64,000 bases of DNA. It comes from Eledone cirrhosa. Taxonomy: Eukaryota. Under the pieces are notes generated by a model. That model was given only the letters and a program-made list of their open reading frames with translations, made no database searches and had not been told where the DNA came from. The stretch covers positions 12,896,001 to 12,960,000 of the forward strand of contig OZ024763.1 of assembly GCA_964016885.1 (NCBI GenBank), in the 5' to 3' direction. Positions 28,480 to 42,089 of the stretch are shown one piece after another. Numbering within the stretch: the stretch's first letter is position 1; the number at the start of each line of letters is the position of its first letter. The position numbers and the translations under genes were made by a program.

Positions 28480-31400
28480 TTGATGTTGTTGGTGGTGTTG
28501 TGGTGGTGGTGGTGGTGTTGTTGGTGTTGTGGTGGTGGTGGTGTTGGTGGTGTTGCTGTAGTGGTGGTGTTGTTGTGGTGTTGTGGTGGTGTTGGTGGTG
28601 TTGCTGTAGTGGTGGTGTTGTTGGTGGTGTTGTGGTGGTGTTGGTGGTGTTGCTGTAGTGGTGGTGTTGTTGGTGGTGTTGTTGGTGGTGTTGTGGTGGT
28701 GGTGGTGTTGCTGTAGTGGTGGTGTTGTTGGTGGTGTTGTGGTGGTGGTGGTGTTGGTGGTGTTGCTGTAGTGGTGGTGTTGTTGGTGGTGTTGTGGTGG
28801 TGTTGGTGGTGTTGCTGTAGTGGTGGTGTTGTTGGTGGTGTTGTTGGTGGTGGTGGTGTTGTTGGTGGTGTTGTGGTGGTGGTGGTGGTGTTGCTGTAGT
28901 GGTGGTGTTGTTGGTGGTGTTGTGGTGGTGGTGGTGGTGTTGCTGTAGTGGTGGTGTTGTTGGTGGTGTTGTGGTGTTGTTGGTGTAGTGGTGGTGGTGT
29001 TGGTGGTGTTGTGGTGGTGGTGGTGTTGGTGGTGTTGCTGTAGTGGTGGTGTTGTTGGTGGTGTTGTGGTGGTGTTGGTGGTGTTGCTGTAGTGGTGGTG
29101 TTGTTGGTGGTGTGGTGGTGGTGGTGTTAGTGTTGTTGGTGGTGTTGCTGTAGTGGTGGTGTTGTTGGTGGTGTTGTGGTGGTGTTGGTGGTGTTGTGGT
29201 GGTGGTGGTGTTGGTGGTGTTGTGGTGGTGGTGGTGTTGGTGGTGTTGCTGTAGTGGTGGTGTTGTTGGTGGTGTTGTGGTGGTGTTGGTGGTGTTGCTG
29301 TAGTGGTGGTGTTGTTGGTGGTGTTGTGGTGGTGTTGCTGTAGTGGTGGTGTTGTTGGTGGTGTTGTGGTGGTGGTGGTGTTGGTGGTGTTGCTGTAGTG
29401 GTGGTGTTGTTGGTGGTGTTGTGGTGGTGTTGGTGGTGTTGCTGTAGTGGTGGTGTTGTTGGTGGTGTTGGTGGTGTTGCTGTAGTGGTGGTGTTGTGGT
29501 GGTGTTGGTGGTGTTGCTGTAGTGGTGGTGTTGTTGGTGGTGGTGTTGGTGGTGTTGTGGTGGTGGTGGTGTTGGTGGTGTTGTGGTGGTGGTGGTGTTG
29601 CTGTAGTGGTGGTGTTGTTGGTGGTGTTGTGGTGGTGTTGGTGGTGTTGTGGTGGTGGTGGTGGTGGTGGTGTTGTGGTGGTGGTGGTGTTGGTGGTGTT
29701 GCTGTAGTGGTGGTGTTGTTGGTGGTGTTGTGGTGGTGGTGGTGTTGGTGGTGTTGCTGTAGTGGTGGTGTTGTTGGTGGTGTTGTGGTGGTGGTGGTGT
29801 TGGTGGTGTTGCTGTAGTGGTGGTGTTGTTGGTGGTGTTGTGGTGGTGTTGGTGGTGTTGCTGTAGTGGTGGTGTTGTTGGTGGTGTGGTGGTGGTGTTG
29901 CTGTAGTGGTGTTGTTGATGTTGGTGGTGGTGGTGTTGATGGTGTGGTGGTGGTGGTGGTGTTGGTTATGGTGGTGTTGTTGGTGTTGCTGTAGTGGTGG
30001 TGGTGTTGGTGTTGTGGTGGTGGTGTTGTTGGTGGTGTTGTGGTGGTGGTGGTGTTGTTGGTGGTGTTGCTGTAGTGGTGGTGTTGTTGGTGGTGTTGTG
30101 GTGGTGTTGGTGGTGTTGCTGTAGTGGTGGTGTTGTTGGTGGTGTGGTGGTGGTGTTGCTGTAGTGGTGGTGGTGTTGGTGGTGTTGTGGTGGTGGTGGT
30201 GTTGGTGGTGTTGCTGTAGTGGTGGTGTTGTTGGTGGTGTTGTGGTGGTGTTGGTGGTGTTGCTGTAGTGGTGGTGTTGTTGGTGGTGTGGTGGTGGTGT
30301 TGCTGTAGTGGTGTTGTTGATGTTGGTGGTGGTGGTGTTGATGGTGTGGTGGTGGTGGTGGTGTTGGTTATGGTGGTGTTGTTGGTGTTGCTGTAGTGGT
30401 GGTGGTGTTGGTGTTGTGGTGGTGGTGTTGTTGGTGGTGTTGTGGTGGTGGTGGTGTTGGTGGTGTTGCTGTAGTGGTGGTGTTGGTGGTGTTGCTGTAG
30501 TGGTGGTGTTGTTGGTGGTGTTGTGGTGGTGGTGTTAGTGTTGCTTTGGTGGCAGGGTGGTGGTGTGGTGGGGTGGTGGTGTTGTTGGTGGTGTTGCTGT
30601 AGTGGTGGTGTTGTTGGTGGTGTTGTGGTGGTGGTGTTAGTGTTGCTTTGGTGGCAGGGTGGTGGTGTGGTGGGGTGGTGGTAGTGGTGTTGTCGTTGGT
30701 GTTAGTGTTGCTTTGGTGGCAGGGTGGTGGTGGTGTTGTTGATGTTGTGGTGGGGGTGTTAGTGGTAGTGGTGTTGTTGTTGGTGTTAGTGTTGCTTGGG
30801 TGGCAGGGTGGTGGTGGTGTTGTTGATGTTGTGGTGGGGGTGTTAGTGGTAGTGGTGTTGTTGTTGGTGTTAGTGTTGCTTGGGTGGCAGGGTGGTGTGG
30901 TGGGGTGGTAGTGGTGGTGGTGTTGGTGGTGTTCATGGTGGTGTTGTTGGTGTTAGTGTTGCTTTGGTGGCGGTGTTGTTGTTGGTGAGGTGTTGTGGAT
31001 GGGGTGGTGGTGGTGGTGTTGTTGTTGATGTTGTGGTGGGGTGGTGGTGGTGGTGTTGTTGTTGATGTTGTGGTGGGGTGGTGGTGGTGTTGTTGATGTT
31101 GTGGTGGGGTGGTGGTGGTGGTGGTGTTGTTGGTTATGGTGTTGTTGTTGGTGTTAGTGTTGCTTTGGTGGCGGTGTTGTTGTTGGTGAGGTATTGTGGA
31201 TGGGGTGGTGGTGGTGGTGTTGTTGTTGATGTTGTGGTGGGGTGGTGGTGGTGGTGTTGTTGTTGATGTTGTGGTGGGGTGGTGGTGGTGGTGGTGTTGT
31301 TGGTTATGGTGTTGTTGTTGGTGTTAGTGTTGCTTTGGTGGCGGTGTTGTTGTTAGTGAGGTGGTGGCGTTGTTGATGTTGGCGGTGGTGTTGTTGTTGA

Positions 31401-31505
31401 TGTTAGTGGTGGTGGTGTTGTTGTTGTTATTGTGGATGTTGGTAGTGTTGTTGTTGTTGTTGTTGGTGGTGGTGGTTCTGCTGTTGGTGTTGTTTTTGCT
31501 GTTGG
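28480..31505. repeat. 3-kb GGT/GTT compound repeat
   Basis: gttgctgtagtggtggtgttgttggtggt units. Confidence 0.95.
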
Positions 31506-32459
31506 TGTAATTCAAAGGGCCAGCACTGTCACGTTGAATCTCCCTGAGAGCTCTGCTTTTGATATACATTCTCCTGGAATGTTCAGCCACTTGCACGTTA
31601 ATTTCACGAGCAGTCTCTTCCGTTTATCATATCGACTGGAACACTCATCGCTCCTCGGCCCAATGGCTATCATACAACAACATATTTCTCTAGTTATATT
31701 TATTATATATTCAAATTACTTCAGTTAACTCTGTGGAGAACCAGCAGCGCATCTTGCCGCAACCCCCCGGGCCGTGGTGAGGTAACACGTTCACAATTCT
31801 CGCCCCTGGGCCTATGAGATGACATCTACCTGATAATTTAGTAGGGCTCAAACAGTTATGGACTAAGATTTTTGGAACCATTATGAGGTAGATCTATTCG
31901 GATCCAGCAATCGAAACGGCCGGAACTCAGCCGTCGGGGTCCTGAATATATATATGTATATATATATACAAAAGATTTATGTAAATTATGTAAACTATAT
32001 ATATGTGTTTGTGTCTATATTGTATCTGTATTATTTTTGACCGCCGGTCAGTCAATGGCAACATTGAGGACCGAGTAAGTTAGATCGCAGATATATATAT
32101 ATAAAAGACAGCGAGAAGCGAAAACCAACCAAACAGTGAGTGTGTTCTGTTATTAATTCTGGCAATATTACGAAAATATGACCCTCCCCAAATATAACAA
32201 TATATATATATATATATATATATAAATGAAAATTAGAGTTAATAACTCATACTGAAACCCTGTAATTAACAAGCTCAAAGTATAAATACTGAGCCATTAT
32301 AACAATAATATATGTAGTAAGAAACACAGTAAAGATCGTGTGTCTAATATTACGAGAGTTGAAGAACCACATTTGTTTGAAATATTTAACCATGAAGCAG
32401 ACAGAATGATAAAATGAAATTAAATTATATTATTACAAACCGCCTCAATAACAATTACA

Positions 32460-32566
32460 TCTCTGGGACAGATTAGGGATTAATCTGTTTCGCCCTGAGT
32501 GTGTTTGTAACAGATAATCCACGGGCACCATGTAACAGATAATCCACGGGCCCCATCAGCGAGAGA
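32460..32566 (-). ncRNA. Near-complete hammerhead motif (A9 to G) with long stem III
   Basis: tctctcg CTGATGG g gccc...gggc GAAAC agatta-atccc-taatct GTC^ccagaga; internal tandem duplication inside stem II. Confidence 0.62.
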
Positions 32567-32670
32567 ATCTGATTAAATGCGACAAACACCCAGTACTAAG
32601 GTTCACACAGAAAAATGGAATATTGGAATTGCATAATCAAAACCGTAGCGGTATGTCGCATATCAAATCT

Positions 32671-32779
32671 TATATTTAATCTAATGAAAACGTACTTAAA
32701 CACCCATTGTACCTTTGAAATATGTATAATAAAATATATATTTTGATTATGAGAATATTTTTCATTTATTAATATTTTG

Positions 32780-32780
<1 letters not shown>
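32671..32780 (+). mobile_element. Decayed hammerhead element related to the 48206 family
   Basis: tatatttaat CTAATGA aaacgtac...gtaccttt GAAA tatgta TA ataaaatata; core G5 mutated. Confidence 0.55.
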
Positions 32781-32810
<30 letters not shown>

Positions 32811-33247
32811 GGAACGAGTAGGACCCCGACGGCTGAGCTCAAGCTCAAGCCGTCGAAACGGCTTGAGCTCAGCCGCCGGGGTCCTACTCGTTCCTATTAC
32901 CCACTCTACTACTCTAAGTATTGAGTACTTTGGTGCGTTATGGTCCACCTGGTTCCTTACCACATTTCCTTCGTTATATATATACATATATATAAAATAT
33001 AAAAAAAATAATGAATAAAACAATGAAACAGTTCCTTATATTAAACAAAAAAAGTTTTTTTGTTTAATATAAGGAACTGTTTCATTGTTTTATTCATTAT
33101 TTTTTTAATATTTTATCTTGACTCTGTATTCCGTTTATCTTTCACCGAAAGTGATTTTTGAATGCATCTCTTCTTTCCATGATATCCGGATTACATTGAG
33201 TTCTTCATACGGATTGGACACTACCGTAAACTTTTGGTAGATTTATC

Positions 33248-33333
<86 letters not shown>

Positions 33334-36169
33334 TATAATTTACAACCTTACAAAGTAAATGTCTCTACTATGTAAGCATCTCAATGAAGGGATAAGATAT
33401 ATCAATAAATAGAAAACCCAATAATCCACTCAGAGAAATACGTGTGCTGGTTTGTTTCACAAATTACATCATATGGTTGGACTGGCCCTTTCAACACATC
33501 CCCCTTTGCTACCCTCTGACAGGCGAGGGGGATGTAACAACTCACTATTCTGTCCACTGGGGGACTATGAGACACCTGTCTGCCGTTTTACAAATTACAT
33601 AAAAAGGTAGAATTGGAGTGGTTCTTTCAGTACGCCACCCTCCGGACACTAACACATACTTACATTCACAAACACACACACATACATACATTTATACGCA
33701 CCCACACATTCAAAATGTTGTCGTCTGGGACCATGAGACAATGTCTACCTTATGTTTTACAAAATTATATAAGATATTGGTGTTGGAATGGCTTTTCCAG
33801 CACACCACAATCTCTCTACAACTCGGGGGACGGGATAATTCACAACTTTCTCCAGTTGAACCTCTTTACAACTTGTACGTTATGTTTTACAAATGACATT
33901 ATATGTTAGTGGTATCAATTTATCGATGTTTTTACACAACAATGTTTCAATTTATTACGGAAAAAATGTAAAACAAATAATCTTAACATTTATATAATTT
34001 TATATTAAAATGAAATACAGAAACTTACCTGAATTCTTGTTTAATCCTTTACTTAAGACAGCGCGACAACTTCTGGTTAAAATGAAGCAGCCGAACACGA
34101 GTTGTTCCCCTTGAAAATTGATCTTTTGTGCCAACTTCACAAAAAAGTTTCAAATAATTGTTTCTACTTTTGGCACAATGCCAGCAATTCGAAGGGAGGG
34201 GGGAGAGTCGAGTATCGATTAAATCGACCCCATGGCATTACTGGTACTTTATTTTTTATCGACACACACGTAATGGTGGTGTAGTAGGCAAAGCTGACCT
34301 CGGTGGAGTTTGATCTGCTGGATGTGAAGAGTTGTACAAGGTACCGCAAAGAGCCGAAACGAACACTGCAAAACATGTTGTTCGTTGCTCTACCAATTCT
34401 GCCAATACGCCACCCTTAATAATTCTTAATTTATGTACAAAGTTTGTAATTTACAGGGAAGAGAAAATCGATTATATTAACCCCAGTACTTGACTGGTAC
34501 TTTATTTTATTAACCCCGGAACAAAAACCGCAACGAGACTCTACTGATTCTGCCAACCTGCTCCCATCTCCTTAATAATTGTTTCTATATTTGGCACAAG
34601 GCCAGCAATTCTAAGGGAGGGGAAGAGTCGATTAAATTTACCCCAGGACATTACTGGTATTTTATTCTATCGACCCCTGAAAGATCAAATAAATGCAAAG
34701 CTAACCTCGGCGGGATTTGAACTCAGAACGTAAAGTGCCATAATTGAATGTCACAAGACACTTTGTCCGGCGCTCTACCGATTCTGCTAACCCATGCTTT
34801 CTATCATTGTCGCAGGCTTCACAAATCTATTGTAAGTTATAGACCAGGGGTCCCCAAAATGGTCGATATTGACCCCCACCCGCAAGGGATCGATGGGACC
34901 ACCCAGGGGATCGATTGTAAGGTTGTTGGCCATACCTGACATTTGTATAACACGTTCTCCGCCTCCAGGTTAGTCATTTCGGCCACAAACCCCGGCACCG
35001 TGGCCCGCAATGCAGAGGACAGGAAGATAAGCAAATACCGGGGCTTGTTTGGCCGCTTCCTCTTTCAACCTGTCGCTGTCGAAACCTAACGCGTCCTCCG
35101 ACCCTATATAGCTGACCTCCTCCGTAAAATCGGAGAACAGCAGCCTGTCTGAAGAAGGAACCTCCGAGAGGTAGAGTGGGTGTTGTAGCGGGTGTCGCTG
35201 CCAATTGTCCGCGAAAATACCTTTGCTAATTTTGCTGCGGGGCGCAGCCGAAACACTTAGATGTATAGTCTATCACCCTCAACCCTCAACCCTTTTTTTC
35301 TCTCGTTACCTAATAATCCTTACCGTTTCCCTCTCATTTATAGCATTTATAGTCCTTTCTAATCAGTGGCAGAGTTAGGATAAATGAGGCCCTATGCGAG
35401 TTAAGTTATAAGGTTCCTTACTTTGGCTCTGAACGAGGTAAACATGTTTTGAGAAGAAAGAAGCCCTTCTGGTCAACGGGGCCCTTTGCTTAAGAGCACC
35501 TAAGCACAATGGTAAATCCGACATTGTTTCCAATACTACTTTCTTTTTTTATCTGTTTGACTAAATATTAAATTCTTTATTATTTTTATGTAATTTTACC
35601 CTAGGGATATATTTGAGTATTTTGAAATAAAATTATATATATTTTCAATAAATTATTTAATAATTGTTACTACTTTTGGCACAAGGCCAGCAATTACCCC
35701 AGTGCATTACTGGTACTTTACTTTATCGACCCCGTAAGGATGAAAGGCAAAGCTAACCTCGGCGGGATTTGAACTCAGAGCGTAAAGGGCCATAACTCTA
35801 TACTGCAAAGCATGGCGTCTGACGCTCTACCGATACTGCCAATCCACCGTCCTTAAATAAATGAAATAATAATGTTTCTTGTTTTGGCACAAGGCCAGCA
35901 ATTATCTCAGTGCATTACTGGTACTTTACTTTATCGACCCCGTAAGGATGAAAGGCAAAGTAAACCTCGGCGGGATTTGAACTCAGACCGTAAAGGGCCG
36001 TAACTCTGTGCTGCAAAGTATGGCGTCCGACCCTCTCCAGATACTGCCAATCCAATGGTTTCTGATTTAAGCACAAGGCCAACAATCTTTTCTTTGTGGC
36101 AGCGGGTAAAGTCGATTAAATCGACCTCAGTGCATTACTGGTACTTGATTTTATCAACCCCGTAATGAT

Positions 36170-36277
36170 GAAAAGATTCTACAGGACTAGAACTGTTTCA
36201 TTCGTGAGAAATCATCAGGAAGCGCTTCCTTGTGATTTCTCACGAATGAAACAGTTCTAGTCCTGTAGAAGCTTTTC
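36170..36277. ncRNA. Palindrome carrying a hammerhead motif (core intact on -, mutated to CTTGTGA on +)
   Basis: Consensus of arms: gcttc CTGATGA tttc-tcac-gaat GAAAC ag-ttctagtc-ct GTA^gaagc. A shorter relative is at 25588-25691. Confidence 0.65.
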
Positions 36278-36282
36278 TATAT

Positions 36283-37780
<1,498 letters not shown>

Positions 37781-37910
37781 ATATATATATATATATAACG
37801 AAGGAAATGTGGTAAGGAACCAGGTGGACCATAACGCACCAAAGTACTCATTCTGGTCCAGAATTAGCCGTCGAAACGGCTTGAGATCAGCCGTCGGGGT
37901 CCTACTCGTT

Positions 37911-37944
<34 letters not shown>

Positions 37945-38153
37945 AATTAAAATACTATAGTGTGTTGGAGTTACACACCCTCTTCGTATTATAGAAATGA
38001 CAGTAAAAGTATAGCTGAATGTAATTAAACAGAGCCGAAGAATTATGAAAATAAACCAAAGAAGCCTTCAATACATCAAAAGTCTTTATTAGCCAACAAT
38101 GTTTCGTCCTATTAAGTTTTTTGGCTTGTATTGGCCGATAGTGCTTCTTATAG

Positions 38154-38207
38154 CTTTAATTGCCCTGATGAGTCCTTAATAGGACGAAACATTGTTGGCT
38201 AATAAAG
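38154..38207 (+). ncRNA. Minimal type I hammerhead ribozyme motif
   Basis: ctttaattgcc CTGATGA gtcct-taat-aggac GAAAC att GTT^ggctaataaag: intact core, 5-bp stem II, bulged stem I, AATAAA in the 3' strand. Confidence 0.88.
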
Positions 38208-38406
38208 ACTTTTGATGTATTGAAGGCTTCTTTGGTTTATTTTCATAATATATATATAGTAATAATAATAAATTTGAAGACTAAAATCCAAAGAGGGCTC
38301 GATAAGGATAAATATATATCAAATATATAAGAACCGTAGAGCAAATATTTATTAAAATAACAGATATATATAATATACAGAGAGAGAGAGAGAGAGAGAA
38401 AGAAAG

Positions 38407-38490
<84 letters not shown>

Positions 38491-38904
38491 CAAAGGAGTT
38501 GTGGTAAGGAACCAACTGGACCATAACGCACCAGAGTACACAATACTTAGGGTAGTAGAGTGGGAAATAGGAAAAAAGTATGACCCCGACGGCAGAGCTC
38601 AAGCCGTTTCGACGGCTATTTCTGGACTAAATTTAGTCCAGAAATAGCCGTCGAAACGGCTTGAGCTCTGCCGTCGGGGTCATACTTTTTACTATATATT
38701 ATATATATATATATATATGTGTGAGTGTGTGTGTGTATGTATGTGAGTGTGTTTGTGTGTGTGTGTATATATATATACATTTATCTGGCGTTATGAGGTA
38801 TTACAGAAACCCGACTCCCCACGGGCGCAGGCTGAAGCTGAAGCATATATACAGTTTGCATCCCCCCCCTCCCCCCCTCCGTACATCTCTCATGAGGACA
38901 GGCT

Positions 38905-39360
38905 GAAACACTGTAAAGTGGTCGTGTAGGAGACACGACAAAAAGCACCCAGTCCACACTATAAAGTGGTCGTGTAGGAGACACGACAAGAAGCACCCAG
39001 TCCACACTATAAAGTGGTCGTGTAGGAGACACGACAAAAATCACCCAGTACTCACTGTAAAGTGGTCGTGTAGGAGACACGACAAAAAGCACCCAGTTCA
39101 GACTATAAAGTGGTCGTGTAGGTGTCACGACAAAAAGCACCCAGTCCACACTGTAATGTGGTCGTGTAGGAGACACGACAAAAAGCACCCAGTACTAACT
39201 GTAAATAAGGTTGGCGTTAGGAAGGGCATCCAGCTGTAGGACCTAGCAGAAATCAGTTCTGTATGAGCAAGATATGGTCACCTTACCGGGTATTTCCCAC
39301 AACAGGACAACTCGTCTAACCCATGCCAGCGTGGGAGAAGGGACGTAAAATGACGATGTT
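38905..39360 (+). mobile_element. SINE 3' part with ~6 tandem copies of its 48-bp internal module; related tails 27295-27520, 41580-41710, 63838-64000
   Basis: ctgtaaagtggtcgtgtaggagacacgacaaaaagcacccagtccaca repeats followed by ggcgttaggaagggcatccagc. Confidence 0.85.
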
Positions 39361-40439
39361 ATGTGTGTGTGTCTGTATGTCTGTGTATATATGTGTGCGT
39401 GCGTGTGCATATATACGTGTGTATGTGTGCGTGCGAATGTCTGCGTGTGTGTGTGTGTGTATATAAATATGTGGATGCGTGTGTATGTATGTGTGTGTAT
39501 ATGTTTGTGTATGTATGTGTATATGTGTGTGTATGTATGTATGTGTGTGTGTATATGTTTGTGTAGGTATGTGTGTATGTCTGTGTGTGCTAGCGCCCAT
39601 GTTTATATTTACGTTTGCGTCCGTGTTTATATCACGTAACTTCGTGGTTCGACAAAGAATAAACAAGAGATCTATAAAACAAGTACCAGTTAACTGCTCG
39701 GGTGTATATAACCCACTCTCCTCTCTATCCTCCTACTCTACTCTCCCTCCCTATGCTGTGTCTGTCTCTGCTTAGAAATTATTCTTTAAAATAAACACAA
39801 ATTACATTCTCTTTACTTTACATTAGAAATACAAGGCTATCTAACTTACCTCCCTTGTTAAATTACCTCCCCTGACTTTGTCGTATGTTTAACAATAAAC
39901 AACGGACTGCAACTTCGGAAGTTAATTTAACGAAAAAACTAAATATCACCAAATAAATTTACACAGTGCAACCGATTGAATAACAATTTATATTTGATAA
40001 TCTTTATATTACAAGGATATTTATGTCGTTGTTGATATTTCTAGTTGCAGTAGAAGCAGAAGAGAAATCAGTGGCGGTATGATATATAATAAGATTAGCT
40101 ATATAACGCATAGAATAGAAAGAATAGTCGAGGTTCAGATGTAAGCTCGTTTAAGGGATAACGTGCAGGCACTTTATTGTTGCCTAGTTTAATCCTTGGG
40201 AAGGTCTGAGACAAAGGCTATATTAATAACGTCCTAGCCGGACGTCCCTGTGATTTATTTGGGGAGTGGCTCACCAGAAACTCTTGGTTTCCCTCAAGTC
40301 AACATGGTCGTTTCTCTAACATGTCAAATGACAACCATTTCGGTGGTTGGATGGCACCATTGTTAAGGGTGTTGGCTTGTCGGTTGGAAGTGGACCATGG
40401 CCAGCGCGTAGAGCAGCGTGATAAACGAGGTGGGTGTAG

Positions 40440-40845
40440 CCCCATAACTCAATTCAGACTACTCTTCATCTGGACTTAATTTTTTTTTAAATTATTTAAA
40501 TAAATGGCAAAACAAATTCAATTCAAAAACCGATTATATATTAATCATTAAATAATTTAAAAAAAATTCAGACTACTCTAATTAATATATATATATAATC
40601 ATTTATATTTCAAAATTAAATAATTTTAAAAAAGTTAGTCCAGATGAAAAGTAGTCTGAATTAAAAAAAAAAATTATTTAATGATTAAAATATATATACA
40701 TATATGTTTTTGAATTTGTTTTGCGAGATTTCGTATCTGAAAACGTGTGTTGAAACAGATATTGTTATACTTTTTTAAAGAATTATTTAATGATTAACAT
40801 ATATATATATATATATATATATAATCATTTATATTTCAAAATTAA

Positions 40846-40879
<34 letters not shown>

Positions 40880-40904
40880 AGTCCAGATGAATTGAGTTAT
40901 GGGG
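40440..40904. mobile_element. TIR-bounded element with internally repeated inverted blocks
   Basis: Perfect 17-bp TIR ccccataactcaattca / tgaattgagttatgggg. Confidence 0.6.
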
Positions 40905-42089
40905 TTTATATATACCGTATACCCCAGCCCCGAAGACGCTTCGGCCTCGAGGACACATCCTAATTTTGACAAGCAAAAATAAAAAATAAAAAATAATAAT
41001 AATAATAATGATTTCATTTATTAGCCACAAGGGCCGACATGTAGGGGACAATACAAAGACAGGGACAGTGGGGGTTTACAATAAGGTCGAGTAAAAGTGC
41101 ACAATGGCAAGACTAATTTAACAATGAAAATATAAAAATAATAATAATAACAATAATGACAATGCAACCTTCGGTCTCCTGGACGCATGGTAGATTTTTT
41201 AGACTTATTTTAGGTAAAAAGTAGCATATTTATTCGACACCAGGAAATACGGTAATTTTAATATATATTTATAATCATATATATTTAAAAATTAAATAAT
41301 TCTATTTGTCATATATTAAAATAAATGATTATACTAATTTACCTGCTAAATAATTCAACCTTGCAGTGTTTCATTGACTGCGTATATACATATACAGTAT
41401 GTATAAACACAATTTAAAGTTGATTTTCCTGCAAAATCATTATATATTTGTTTCTACTTTAGGCACAAGGCCAGCAATTACCCAGTACATTACTGGTACT
41501 TTATTTTATCGACCCCGTAAAGGCAAAGTTAACCTCGGCGGGATTTGAACTCAGACTGTAAAGGGACGTAACTATGCTAGAAAGCTGGATGCCCTTCCTA
41601 ACACCAACCACATTTACAGTGTGGACTGGGAGCTTTTTACCGTGTTGCCTACACAACCACATTACACCGTGGACTGTGAGTTTTTTTGTCGTGACACCTA
41701 CACGACCTCATTAGAGTGTTTGTATATATTATGTATATATAGGCTTAGGATACATTTTGTATATATAGGTTTAGGATGTGGATTGGCAGTATTGGTGGAG
41801 GGTTGGACGCCATACTTTCCAGCATAGTTACGTCCCTTTACGATCTGAGTTCAAATCCTGCTGAGGTTGACTTTGCCTTTCATCCTTACAGGGTCGATAA
41901 AATAAAGTACCAGTAATGCACTGGGTAATTGCTGGCCTTGTGCCTAAAGTAGAAATAATTATGTATATATATATAGGTTTAGTATTTATTGTGTATATAT
42001 AGACTTATCAGAATAATATATATATATAGATTTAGAATATATTATGTATATATAAGCTTAGTATATATTATGTGTATATAGATCTAGTT

